Shown piece after piece: positions 1-10,162 of a stretch of 64,000 nt of DNA. Origin of the DNA: a virus. Under the pieces are notes generated by a model. It was not told the DNA's origin, did no database searches, and worked only from the letters and a program-made list of their open reading frames with translations. Position numbers and translations under genes: made by a program. The DNA lies in the IMG/VR virus record IMGVR_UViG_3300028920_000057, positions 24,897 to 88,896 of that record; one strand, written 5' to 3'. Each line of letters starts with the position of its first letter. Within the stretch, counting starts at the first letter, position 1.

Positions 1-3000
1 TCGTCCTGTCTTGTTCGTCCCAAAAGCTCAGGTCGTCAGATAATGCAGACGTGACGTCTCTATACTTGCCCTTATAATGAGTATATAATTTGAATACTAT
101 TTTATTATCAAAATCAAGATCCAATCCAGTCTTGAAATTAAGTGCTTCAAGTCCGAAATCAAAACTTACTGTGTTAGTAATGTTTGAGTCTCCGTAAATA
201 TAAGGAGTAGGAACAGGCTGATCGTAAGTGACCGTTACGTTATAATTAGGAATAGCCTCAATCGTATGTAGTCTCTGGTAGAATGAGCCGGTTGTGATCT
301 TATTATCTGCGATAGTAAAATATGGTTGTTTTGTCTCGTCAGTATATTCCTCCACGGTAGGAGTAAGTGCAAGCTCCGTGTTTTTAACAGTTGGGATGAT
401 GTTGTACTTAACGGCGAGCTTTCCTGTAGATGCGAGATTGCTGTAAGATTGTCCCAACGTAGGTGCTTCTCGAGTAATTTTCACGCTCTGAGGATTAACC
501 TTAATCATCGGACCTATCAATCTAACTGTCCAGAACTCGCTATTATATGCATCAATAAGCGTATTTATATTGCCTGCGGCTTTTGGAATAATATCGTAGT
601 ATGCATTTTTAATGACCCCATGTGGACTATCGAGCGTAATTGGCGATAGATCTGGATCTGGATCTGCGAAGTTGTTTTCTAGAGTGCTGGTTTCAGGGCC
701 GGCACTTGAAGAAGATCCTTCATTAACATTCAAAATGTCAGAAATGGATACGAGCGAACTTTCAGACAATTCGACTTCTTCCGCAATCCGTTCTTCAAAT
801 CCCGCAAAAGCGCGTTCCATATTGGTTTCAATTTCTCCAAGAGCTTCTTCCATTCTTTGAACGATATCAAAGTATCCAGTATTTCCATATCTGACAATAG
901 TCTCTGTTTGTTGGAGGCGTTTATCTTCTTCATATTGCAGGGCTCTATTAACGGTATCTATCATTAAAGCTGTGCCGTTATACAGGTCGCCGGCAAAAGT
1001 ATATGGAGCATTCAACTTGATGGTATCAGCGTCTTCATCAAAAGTCTCTGGAGTATAATCTGTGTCAATTATAATGGCCGTCGCACTAACGGCAGTAATA
1101 GTGTGTTTGCCGTCGTAAGAATCTGTATTCTCAATTGTAACGATATCATCCACTCTAAAGGAATGTTGTACCGTATTCTCAAGCTTAATTTCCAAACGGG
1201 TCAAACCATCTCCGGCACTTTGAGCAGATCCCGTTAGATAGCCATCTATCCTGCGTATTATAGACTCGGGAATCGTTACGTCACGATGTCCAAAATAGTC
1301 TGCATAATAATCCAGCTGTTCATCCAGCCTGATCCAGCTATCTGTAAAGTATCGATCATATCCGCCAAATTCAGCAAGATCAAGCATAGTGGCATTCTTA
1401 AACAGATTGATCTGACGATATGTCGGGAATCCTTCAAGCTGCGAAATAGCATAAACACATCCCGAACTACTTGAAGATGAAGATCCTTCTTCTGAATCTG
1501 TGGGGCATGTAAATTCCCTGATTACTTCGTCGATATAAATCTTATAATAATAATTGCCAAAGACATTCAGTCCAGGACAGAACTCGTATGGCCCCGCTGA
1601 ACTCGAAGGAATCTCGCAGCTTGACGACAAGGCGCTACTTGAAGAAGACAGAGATGATGAGGAAACCTCTTCTGCAGAAGAAGATGAGGCCGCTCTATTG
1701 TCGATACCACAGACATCCAAGGTGATATCTTCAAAAGCGGTGCGGAATATCGTGTACTTCTTGGGGTTGCTATATAGCCAGGCTGTTGCGTCCAACAAAG
1801 TTAACATTGCATCTGTGCCGAATGTTTCGCTCACAAACGTACGTCTAAGTATAATCATATTTGCACTTGGTGCGTCTGATACGACGTATGTGCCATTGTA
1901 ATTATCTGTCCCGCGAATAGTAACAGATGAGCCTAAAGTAATTCTGTGATCAGGTATATAGAGGCCGAATTTTGTAGAATCTCCGACACTTATTGCGTGT
2001 CCGCCGCTAAGAGAAAACTCTAATTGAGGAAGAGGATATATCGTATAAAAGGATTGCCCGCTCCTATTGTCGTAGCCGCTTCCTCCTCCGCCAAAGATTG
2101 TATTCCACAAATCATCAAAATCCACTGCTGCCAACCCCAATCCCTCTTCTTCGATAATTGAGCTGGAACATGAAGATGACGAAAGCAGTGCTTGCTCTTG
2201 TGAGCTGCTGCAACTGCTGCTGCCACCGCTACTGCAACTGCTGCTGCTTGCTGCCTCTTCCTCAATTTCTGAGAAAGGATCATAATTAATTACGAACTCC
2301 GGCGCCATAATAAGCCATTGATGCTTTGTTCTACCGTACAAGTCCTGCGGAGCCCACCTTGGAGAATAGCCATATGTAAGCTGGTATGGCACATATTGCG
2401 GTACAATAAATCTGTCTTCACCAGGAGTTTTATATTTACAATAATCGGTTCCCGTAGAGAAATTGCAGGTAGGAGAATTGGGATCCAGATCTCTCAAGTA
2501 TCTATAGGATTTCACGTTCTTAAAGAAATCAAAGCCCTCGTTTTGTACTTTAGAGAACTTAGGCTGATTCAGATTTAATTCAGACTGACTGCTTCCCTCA
2601 TACCAGAATACGTTGATATGGTAGTCAAGCAATTCCTGTTCATCTTCTACATCAAGAGGATCTTTTACATGTTGAAGCGCGTACTTCGCAAGTCCGATAA
2701 AAGACAGCGGCAAATCGGTTCTGTACTCTGTGTCCGTCAGATTCTTGGGAGGATATACGTTGACCATCACCCATGCATTAAACAGGGCCAGGTTGTCGAT
2801 GAAGTTTTCTGCCGGATCACTACAATATAAATCTTGCGATATAGAGCTATACTCAATTAATGTAGCCGTGCTTAATCCGATAGAATCCCAAGGAATACTC
2901 AAAAGAGATGCAGGTATATTGAAATCATCCGCGCCTATCCCGGCCCAATTTGCTTCACCACCAAGCAGGTTTGATTCAAAATCATACTTGATGGCGTCGG

Positions 3001-3034
3001 CCATCTGGAAATCTTTATTGATTGCTAATGGCAT
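1..3034 (-). CDS. Large virion structural protein (baseplate/tail-fibre associated), partial, >1010 aa, several poly-Ser tracts
   Basis: ATG at 3034-3032 with GGAG RBS, N-terminus MPLAINKDFQMADAIKYDFESNLLGG. Not in the ORF track, consistent with no stop before the window edge; I checked the frame is open at both ends and at the Ser tracts. Contains EEEAASSSSCSSGGSSSCSSS and SEEGSSSSSSSG, and two similar beta-rich segments (HRITLGSSVTIRGTDNYNGTYVV / HSFRVDDIVTIENTDSYDGKHTI). Confidence 0.75.
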   Translation of the reverse strand, partial: MPLAINKDFQMADAIKYDFESNLLGGEANWAGIGADDFNIPASLLSIPWDSIGLSTATLIEYSSISQDLYCSDPAENFIDNLALFNAWVMVNVYPPKNLTDTEYRTDLPLSFIGLAKYALQHVKDPLDVEDEQELLDYHINVFWYEGSSQSELNLNQPKFSKVQNEGFDFFKNVKSYRYLRDLDPNSPTCNFSTGTDYCKYKTPGEDRFIVPQYVPYQLTYGYSPRWAPQDLYGRTKHQWLIMAPEFVINYDPFSEIEEEAASSSSCSSGGSSSCSSSQEQALLSSSSCSSSIIEEEGLGLAAVDFDDLWNTIFGGGGSGYDNRSGQSFYTIYPLPQLEFSLSGGHAISVGDSTKFGLYIPDHRITLGSSVTIRGTDNYNGTYVVSDAPSANMIILRRTFVSETFGTDAMLTLLDATAWLYSNPKKYTIFRTAFEDITLDVCGIDNRAASSSSAEEVSSSSLSSSSSALSSSCEIPSSSAGPYEFCPGLNVFGNYYYKIYIDEVIREFTCPTDSEEGSSSSSSSGCVYAISQLEGFPTYRQINLFKNATMLDLAEFGGYDRYFTDSWIRLDEQLDYYADYFGHRDVTIPESIIRRIDGYLTGSAQSAGDGLTRLEIKLENTVQHSFRVDDIVTIENTDSYDGKHTITAVSATAIIIDTDYTPETFDEDADTIKLNAPYTFAGDLYNGTALMIDTVNRALQYEEDKRLQQTETIVRYGNTGYFDIVQRMEEALGEIETNMERAFAGFEERIAEEVELSESSLVSISDILNVNEGSSSSAGPETSTLENNFADPDPDLSPITLDSPHGVIKNAYYDIIPKAAGNINTLIDAYNSEFWTVRLIGPMIKVNPQSVKITREAPTLGQSYSNLASTGKLAVKYNIIPTVKNTELALTPTVEEYTDETKQPYFTIADNKITTGSFYQRLHTIEAIPNYNVTVTYDQPVPTPYIYGDSNITNTVSFDFGLEALNFKTGLDLDFDNKIVFKLYTHYKGKYRDVTSALSDDLSFWDEQDRT

Positions 3035-3047
3035 TTATCTCTCCGTA

Positions 3048-3788
3048 TTAAGCGCCAGAAGAATCGGAAGAAGAATCAGAAGACGATGAAGATTCTTCTT
3101 CAGAACTACTGGACTCTGATGATGATGAAGACGATTCGCCGGAAATCGGCGCTGTCGCATCTAAGCCCCTTGGATCTGGCTGATAAACAACATTTCTATC
3201 CGTAAGCTGCGAAGCTGTAACTTTATGTGGATTGTTATAGTCCGCTATATGTTCGTCCAAAGTTTGCTGCGATACCTGGAGTCTGTTTAAGATATCGCTT
3301 TTTGCTGCCGCAGTAGTATTGGCTGCATTATCTATTTGGGTTTCAAGCCTGTCGGTATTTGTTTCCAGCTTGTTCGTAAGTGTTTCAAACTTGGTTTGAA
3401 CCGTAGTGAGCAAACTTGAAAGAGTCGTATTGATAGTCTGAATAGACGTAAGCTCGTCTTTGGTGGTCTCAATAAACTGTTCGATTGCTGTATCTAATTT
3501 GGCGTCGATATAGCTTTTCAATTCCCCGATAGACTCCTCTCTGGCAGTGGAAAGGGCCTGGGTATATTCCTGTACGACTTCGTTCATCTTCTCCCGAAGC
3601 TGAACAAATCTGCGAGCTACTGCAAGTTCAACTTCCTTTGCCGCATCCTCGACCTCATATTTAAATGCGTCGATGGATTCTGCCAGGACCTGCATATTTT
3701 TATTGATAGCATGCCCCCAGTTGTTGTCTCCTGGATTGAAATAAACTATCTGTTGGCCTGTTAAGCCAGGTAAACTTGTTATTGACAT
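3048..3788 (-). CDS. Coiled-coil tail fibre/baseplate-associated protein with C-terminal poly-Ser tail
   Basis: Long heptad-like helical region; HIADYNNPHKVTASQL resembles the H..d..NPH.VT..Q motif of phage fibre proteins; GGAG RBS; in the baseplate module. Confidence 0.55.
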   Translation of the reverse strand: MSITSLPGLTGQQIVYFNPGDNNWGHAINKNMQVLAESIDAFKYEVEDAAKEVELAVARRFVQLREKMNEVVQEYTQALSTAREESIGELKSYIDAKLDTAIEQFIETTKDELTSIQTINTTLSSLLTTVQTKFETLTNKLETNTDRLETQIDNAANTTAAAKSDILNRLQVSQQTLDEHIADYNNPHKVTASQLTDRNVVYQPDPRGLDATAPISGESSSSSSESSSSEEESSSSSDSSSDSSGA

Positions 3789-3801
3789 TTATAGACTCCT
3801 A

Positions 3802-6800
3802 TTAATTACCAAAGTCTTCATCCCACTGATATCCCCATCCATCTTTATCTCCATCATAATAATTATCATTACTCGTATATGCCGGAGCAGATGGCGCGCT
3901 GAATACAGTAAAATCGGTTTCTATCTTAATGGGCGGATTATAATTAATGCCTTGGCTCGATGTTTCGTCTGGGTCATAGATTATTCTATGTCTACCCTTG
4001 CCTTGACCGTTATAAAGAGCGAAGTCTGTATCGACTATTAAAGCTTCGCTGAATTCTCCGGTTAATTTGATATAGAAAAATCCCCGCTTATAGCGAATAT
4101 CATAATCGATCTCGGTATATTCGCTCGTCAGATCTGTTTCGTATTCAATATATAGTTCTGCCGTATAGACATCGTCGCTTAGCAGTGTAAGCTTATCGTT
4201 TTCATCTATAGAGAACTGAACCTCTTGAAGTTCAACGCTATGATCTGTCATAATAATAGGAGCTTGAGGATTATGCTCTTGAGATAGAAAATAATGCTCG
4301 TCCGGCAAAACTGTAACGTAGTGATTTTCATCTACAATTGTTCCATCTATATCTACGATCTTCAAAGATAGATTATATATAGACGCAGAGCTCGACAGAG
4401 AAGAAGATGAGCTGGTAGGAGATTGTTCTTTGATGTAGAGTTCTTGATCGGCTCTGCAATATACTATATTGTTAATATCTCTCAGCTCTCTACCATCAAG
4501 CGCTTCCGATAAAGAATCTGGATCAAGCTTATAGTAAACAAGATCGGTTAACAGCTCTCGTCTTTTATCTATGTATAGATAGAACTGCATCTCTCCGATA
4601 TAGAAGAATCCCGGCTTGACCTGTGGATTATAATTGTCTGCGACACCAACAACCTCTAAGTCTTTAAAGATCTCGAAGTCCTCCAATGTTGCATTGACGC
4701 CACTCTGTATATCAGTAAGCTTTGTCCCATTTACATGATATGTTTCCGATTCTTCCGCGTCAACCCTCCCAAGCAATTGGCCGTTTGCATCAAGAAGCCA
4801 AGAGAAAAATCCGTCGTTATATGCCCTTAGAGTTCCTCCTCCGACCAGGTTTTGGGATATCATGTCCCATCTATCTCGGCCTGCAATTTGTCTGTCCCAG
4901 GTATCGTGAATCAAATTGCGAAGCTCTATAGCTCTATTGTGAGTTCTGTTCAGTTCTTGTGCCGTAATACTTAAGTCTTGAAAAGCCGCAAACGCATCTT
5001 CATCAAAAGTATCTATCCTTACAGGAAGATAATCCATTGAAATATTAACCGTATCGCCATCCACGTCTCTCAGATTGATTGCCCTCAAAGTATCCATCGT
5101 CGTCAAGCCTATTTCACTATCTATCGTGAAGCCTTCGGCCTGTAATTGACGAACCAGATCTCCTATTGATAAACTCGTTAAATCAATCTCGTATTCATAA
5201 TATCGATACTGCACTTCTACGCTTGTCGTTTTAGCTGGATCAGCATAATGATTAAACTGCAAGATAGTAGAGAATTCGTCGTGAGAATATAATGCAGCAG
5301 GATATATTTTGTCGTCAACCTTTACGCTTATGATATTACGGATAGGATATGATAATGTAACATAAGCATAATTTGTGTCAGGCTGAACTGTCTCGGTTAT
5401 TACGGCATCTGGCTGAGAAATATAAAGCATTTCCTTGCGTTTTATCAGAGCCATATTATCTCTGATAGATATGATGCTGGAGATTATTTCTCTGCCGAGC
5501 CTTAGAGTAATGGCATTCAAGATGTCTCGATTGTTACAGCCCGTAGCATAATTTGTACTATAATCGATCATCCTGTTTTTATATCTGTAATTTGATTCTC
5601 CTTCAAGACGAGGAAAATCCCGTATCAAACCATGTTCATCAAGCAGATTAAAATACGGAGCATAAGCAATATCATAGCTAGACAATCCTGTAAGCGTTGC
5701 ATATTCTTCTCTAAAGACAATATCGTTTGTGTCGTCGTCTATAAAATAATAGTCATATTTTAATTCGATCTCCCGCGTAACAACGACGTCCGTAGTTGAA
5801 GAAACAAAGATCTTGTATGGATCTTCAAAAGTCCCGATAAGAGATATGGTGCCGGTTTCCAGGAAGTCAGAGTTAGACAAAGCAACACGTTTTGTAACCG
5901 TCAGGATGTTATCTTCTTCTTCCGGGGCGTCAGGCGTAATCCATAATAGACTATATGTATATTCTGAAGCCCCACTTGAGCTCGACGAGGAAGACGAGGA
6001 TGACGCTTCCTCACCATCTCGAACAAGAGCTACTATGTTTTCATCTTGTAAATATATGTCGATTATTTCTGATGTCGCTTCATCCAGAACACCATTTGGC
6101 ATTAATTCTTCAAGAGTATATCTGTATACAACCGAGCCATCAATAGTTTTAATAATCTGTCCATTATCAACAGAGAACTCTTGAGGATATAGAGTACCAA
6201 AGAATTCTACTTTGAAATCAAAGAACGATTTACCAGTTGTAAACGGTTCGTCAATCGCCGCTTCTGTATCGGAAATACGAGCATACGTCGCAGGAGTTCT
6301 GCGATACATGTCGTTTATACTATTCGTATAGTAAACTCTTCTACCATCGCCCATCAAATAATAAGGATCTGTTTCATTGGTAAGTAACCAATATGGAGTT
6401 TCGTCTGCCTTTCTTGACCATCCGTGATGCTCATAGTCGAGCCATAAGGCGATCTTTGCTCCGGCCGGATCTCCCTCTATAGTTATTTGTGTCAACTCTC
6501 TGGCGTCGGAATCCTTTAAATCAATCACAGAGCTAAAATCCGAGACCTCATAGCTATAATCGGCTCCAGTAGTAATGTTGGCGCCCTCGAGTGTAATTTT
6601 GCTTATAGAGCCTCCTGAGACGCTTAGATAGAATGGTCGATTCCTTGCTATTTGTACGGATAGATATTGGGTGTATCCATCCGCCGTTTCTATCCAGTTA
6701 AGATAGCCGTCTTTAACGTCCATAGAAAAGTCGGAATTACTAATTAGATTAACTGGATCATTGAGATAATCGTCATCAGAAACATGCGGCGTGACATAAA

Positions 6801-7020
6801 GTGCGCTTGGCATGTTGAGGATCGTAGTAGATAAATGCTGGCCGGTAGATATGGCAGATTGATATTCCAGAACATCGGTCAAGATTTCCCCCATAACAGG
6901 GCTCATCAATCTACGCCAATTAGAATTTACCTTCCCACGAAAAGGATGCCATTCAGGAAAACGATTCGCAAACCGCGTAGTTTGCTCATTGTAACCTTCA
7001 AGTCTTATTTTTGTCTGCAT
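3802..7020 (-). CDS. Baseplate wedge/tail structural protein (1072 aa)
   Basis: Directly after the baseplate-J-like gene. LDEHGLIRDFPRLEGESNYRYKNR resembles the 'LD..G...R..gE.d..YR.R' wedge motif. Acidic, with two poly-Ser tracts. Confidence 0.6.
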   Translation of the reverse strand: MQTKIRLEGYNEQTTRFANRFPEWHPFRGKVNSNWRRLMSPVMGEILTDVLEYQSAISTGQHLSTTILNMPSALYVTPHVSDDDYLNDPVNLISNSDFSMDVKDGYLNWIETADGYTQYLSVQIARNRPFYLSVSGGSISKITLEGANITTGADYSYEVSDFSSVIDLKDSDARELTQITIEGDPAGAKIALWLDYEHHGWSRKADETPYWLLTNETDPYYLMGDGRRVYYTNSINDMYRRTPATYARISDTEAAIDEPFTTGKSFFDFKVEFFGTLYPQEFSVDNGQIIKTIDGSVVYRYTLEELMPNGVLDEATSEIIDIYLQDENIVALVRDGEEASSSSSSSSSSGASEYTYSLLWITPDAPEEEDNILTVTKRVALSNSDFLETGTISLIGTFEDPYKIFVSSTTDVVVTREIELKYDYYFIDDDTNDIVFREEYATLTGLSSYDIAYAPYFNLLDEHGLIRDFPRLEGESNYRYKNRMIDYSTNYATGCNNRDILNAITLRLGREIISSIISIRDNMALIKRKEMLYISQPDAVITETVQPDTNYAYVTLSYPIRNIISVKVDDKIYPAALYSHDEFSTILQFNHYADPAKTTSVEVQYRYYEYEIDLTSLSIGDLVRQLQAEGFTIDSEIGLTTMDTLRAINLRDVDGDTVNISMDYLPVRIDTFDEDAFAAFQDLSITAQELNRTHNRAIELRNLIHDTWDRQIAGRDRWDMISQNLVGGGTLRAYNDGFFSWLLDANGQLLGRVDAEESETYHVNGTKLTDIQSGVNATLEDFEIFKDLEVVGVADNYNPQVKPGFFYIGEMQFYLYIDKRRELLTDLVYYKLDPDSLSEALDGRELRDINNIVYCRADQELYIKEQSPTSSSSSLSSSASIYNLSLKIVDIDGTIVDENHYVTVLPDEHYFLSQEHNPQAPIIMTDHSVELQEVQFSIDENDKLTLLSDDVYTAELYIEYETDLTSEYTEIDYDIRYKRGFFYIKLTGEFSEALIVDTDFALYNGQGKGRHRIIYDPDETSSQGINYNPPIKIETDFTVFSAPSAPAYTSNDNYYDGDKDGWGYQWDEDFGN

Positions 7021-7083
7021 AATTATATCCTAAATGGTGTACTTCCGATTGGTTTACTAAAAAGTATATCCTATCTAGTATAA

Positions 7084-8229
7084 TTAGAAATAAACCCGGA
7101 CAGGCTCAGTTACAGTAATGTCAAAGAGAGCCAATTCGTCATCCTTGAGTGTATATGTCTTATCCTGCTGAACGATCCCGTCAATACACAGCTTCAATAC
7201 TCTGCCAGTTACACCAGGATTCGCGGCAAATACGGGGTCTAAAGCCTCTGATGGATTTATTAAATCTCCAACACTGGCTGTCGATAAGACCGTACCAAAT
7301 TCTCTCTTAAGATTATTTTGAATTGTAAGCTGTTGTGTTTCAGAGAGTTGAAGTCCACTGAATTGATATTCAACGTAGACAGAAACATATTTTGGACCTT
7401 CAACAATAACCGTAGAACCAGCAGGTGCAACCGCTAAGACATTACCTCTAACACGATCGACCGTAGATGGGCTAACGGTATTGCCCTCGGGAATAACAAG
7501 AATATAGATAACGCCGGGACCGAACTGGTCTGTATTAATGATAATGTCGCTAACTCCCGTCACAGATAATGCCGCGAGCCTTACTGCGGTTTCATTGCCT
7601 GTTTCTGACGCAAGATGTGCCTGAGAGATTCTATATCGGTAATTGTTATCTGTCTCAACTTCCTGTCCATTCGCTATTGCTCCCAAGTTTGTAACGCTTA
7701 ATCCTTCAATATCAATACTTGTCAACGCTCCAGCAGAAACATTATAGACCTCACCTACTTCAAGTCCTATTACGGGGACAAAAACAGAAGATGCAAAATC
7801 GTCTTCAAGATAAGTATCGGCCGAGACCTGATATGAAATCTCTCCAGTAGTGTCCGTAATGACTGTGCCTTCCGGGACTTTATAGCCGATACCATTATCA
7901 AATGGTAAATAATCTGCGAGAACTCCTGTTGTCGTACTGATAAGAACGTTTTGATCTTGAGCAGAAACATTGGCTGGGACCGCTTCTAATCGGCTAAGAC
8001 CAAACAGATCTTCTCCAATCAAATCCAGATATCCAGCTTCAGCAGATCGTAAAAATGCAGAAGAAGTTACAAATCTAATGTCCCTCAGAATATCTATTCT
8101 TTCATCCAAAAAGGCGTCTACAATGGCCCTAACTACACTCCCTGTAGAGAAAGCATTTAAGCCCTGAACGCTTAATCTGGAAAAAACACGGTCTGCAATT
8201 GTGGAGGGTGCGGTTTGTTCTATAAACAT
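7084..8229 (-). CDS. Baseplate J-like (Mu gp47-type) wedge protein
   Basis: GSVVRAIVDA, AEAGYLDLIGEDLFGLSR, GEVYNVSAGALT, GQEVETDNNYRYRI, VTGV and GPGVIYILV match the Baseplate_J pattern. Confidence 0.85.
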   Translation of the reverse strand: MFIEQTAPSTIADRVFSRLSVQGLNAFSTGSVVRAIVDAFLDERIDILRDIRFVTSSAFLRSAEAGYLDLIGEDLFGLSRLEAVPANVSAQDQNVLISTTTGVLADYLPFDNGIGYKVPEGTVITDTTGEISYQVSADTYLEDDFASSVFVPVIGLEVGEVYNVSAGALTSIDIEGLSVTNLGAIANGQEVETDNNYRYRISQAHLASETGNETAVRLAALSVTGVSDIIINTDQFGPGVIYILVIPEGNTVSPSTVDRVRGNVLAVAPAGSTVIVEGPKYVSVYVEYQFSGLQLSETQQLTIQNNLKREFGTVLSTASVGDLINPSEALDPVFAANPGVTGRVLKLCIDGIVQQDKTYTLKDDELALFDITVTEPVRVYF

Positions 8230-8240
8230 CTGTTATCTCC

Positions 8241-8693
8241 CTATTGGCTATCTATATATGATAACTTACCTGTGCTAAGATGCAACCTGAAGGATATCGT
8301 CGCCTCTTCGCCTGTATGATATTCTTCGTTTTGATCTACATATTCTATGTTCTTTATTCTCAAGGTTATAGAAATCTGATCAGGAAATTCAGTATGAGGA
8401 TATATTATAACATCATAATCCGCAGGCGCCAGCAAGAATTCTTTGGCCAGTGCCCGCTGGATGTCGTTCTTGATTCGGTTATATGTTTCCTCGTTATTTG
8501 GAGACCCCGCATGCCGTTCAAGGCCCGCCATGGCCCCGGAATCTGGACGCCATTCCAGAGGGCTGGTAAGAACTCTGAAAATAGCAGACTGGACGAGAGC
8601 CAAAGGTTCATCTGCTATCTTTAAGTCCCCATTTTCTATAACGAGGTCCATGTCCTCGTCTAACAAGATGTCTTTTATATTAAATACGGCCAT
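8241..8693 (-). CDS. Baseplate wedge / sheath-initiator protein (gp25/DUF2634-like)
   Basis: DILLDEDMDLVIENGDLKI...QSAIFRVLT..EW.P...AGLE...G.PN pattern, 150 aa, immediately before baseplate J. Confidence 0.7.
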   Translation of the reverse strand: MAVFNIKDILLDEDMDLVIENGDLKIADEPLALVQSAIFRVLTSPLEWRPDSGAMAGLERHAGSPNNEETYNRIKNDIQRALAKEFLLAPADYDVIIYPHTEFPDQISITLRIKNIEYVDQNEEYHTGEEATISFRLHLSTGKLSYIDSQ

Positions 8694-10153
8694 TAGTTTC
8701 TCCGAATAAATTCATCTATATCAGATTTTGTGTTTTGTCCCGTAGATTTATCAAAGATATTTACTGCACTATCGATGACGTTGTTAGAATCTAATCCGCC
8801 CCGAGCTATCTGAGATTTTGGTAATCCCTTTTCATTGTTTTGCTCTCTGGCTTCTTTCGCATATTCTTCTAATCTTTCCTCTATACCAGATTTCTCTAGT
8901 GTATATTCAAACCCTTTAAGCAGCGCCGCCATGCCCGCAACCATAATAGCCTTATCCCCTAATTGGCCCAAGGCTCTGTTCCACGTTTTTACGCCAGTAA
9001 CATTATTACTATCAAACCATTTACCTAGAATATTCGGTTTCCATCCTTTGAATTCGAATGAGAACGGCTGAGGTTTGTACCATACTTTCTGACTAAGGTT
9101 CTTGTAAAACTTGTTCATCTTTAATGCGGCCAGCCCTACCTTGGTTTCGAGAAACTGACTGCCGGCCTTCTTCTTTTTGTTCTTATTCTTATTAGAACTT
9201 TCCCCTCTGGTTTTATCTCCGAGCTCGAGAGATGCCTCTCCTGCAAAGATTCCTTTTGCCTTATTCTTCATCAAGCTCTCTACCTTTTTATAGGCCTTAG
9301 ACTTCTTTATTTTAGACTTAAAGGTATTCTTGATTTCATCAATGGTCTTATTTATAACTTGCTCGTCAGAGAAATCTTTCTCATCTTTCGTGACTCCTTT
9401 ATTGCCCACTGCGGCGGCTTCTGTATCCAAGATGGTTTTTCTAAAGTTCTCATCATAGTTAACCAGTTTGGGATTAGCACTTTCAGGAGGGACTCCAACG
9501 GTTACTTCAAGCGCTGTTTTCTCTGGATCAATATAAAAATCATAAACCTCAGCTCCGTTATAATTGATTGTGAATGTCTCAACTTTATCTCGTATAACAA
9601 GTTCAGCTTTCTTTTCTATCTCTTTAGTGAAAATAGAATCTCCGAATATTCTACGGGCAACACGACGTCCTTTTGCAGACCCGCCAGCGGCTCGCGCCTT
9701 TGATAAAACCGTAGTTACTCTCTGGATCGCACCTCTATAAACTTCAAAAGGAACGGCTCGAACTTCCAGTGTTATAATAGCGCTGGTAGGGGGAATACAA
9801 TTCTTGTATTCATTTTGAAAATCGTGAGCATCCTTTTTGACGCCTTCCACGTCCCGAAAGGCCTGCTGAGTTACGCTAGTTGCAACTACATTTTTCTGCC
9901 CCAAAGTAACGTCTTTTCTATTCACCGCCTCTATTCCTGCTACTGCTTGTGTTTTTATCTCATTTGCAGTATCAAGCGCTTGCTGTTTAATCTCTTCGGA
10001 AGCGGCTTCATATGTATCGTAGTTCTTTTTAATCTCTACCTTTTTGGGCTTCCAGCTCATAATGCGATAAAGAGTCCTCTTATTACGCGCAACCTGGTTA
10101 AAGGTTTTTGAACTATCAAGCGTCTGAGTAGTTTGCACATTAGGCGGAGGCAT
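8693..10153 (-). CDS. Hypothetical baseplate-module protein (Lys-rich, 486 aa)
   Basis: Long ORF; its stop overlaps the next start (TAATG). Lies between the hub and wedge genes. No recognisable motif. Confidence 0.6.
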   Translation of the reverse strand: MPPPNVQTTQTLDSSKTFNQVARNKRTLYRIMSWKPKKVEIKKNYDTYEAASEEIKQQALDTANEIKTQAVAGIEAVNRKDVTLGQKNVVATSVTQQAFRDVEGVKKDAHDFQNEYKNCIPPTSAIITLEVRAVPFEVYRGAIQRVTTVLSKARAAGGSAKGRRVARRIFGDSIFTKEIEKKAELVIRDKVETFTINYNGAEVYDFYIDPEKTALEVTVGVPPESANPKLVNYDENFRKTILDTEAAAVGNKGVTKDEKDFSDEQVINKTIDEIKNTFKSKIKKSKAYKKVESLMKNKAKGIFAGEASLELGDKTRGESSNKNKNKKKKAGSQFLETKVGLAALKMNKFYKNLSQKVWYKPQPFSFEFKGWKPNILGKWFDSNNVTGVKTWNRALGQLGDKAIMVAGMAALLKGFEYTLEKSGIEERLEEYAKEAREQNNEKGLPKSQIARGGLDSNNVIDSAVNIFDKSTGQNTKSDIDEFIRRN

Positions 10154-10162
10154 TTTGATCTC

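Noticed and set aside
1-3047. Apparent gene-free or stop-recoded region
   Set aside because: Explained by one minus-strand ORF running off the window edge; the long ORFs elsewhere read through normally in the standard code and all three stop codons are used.
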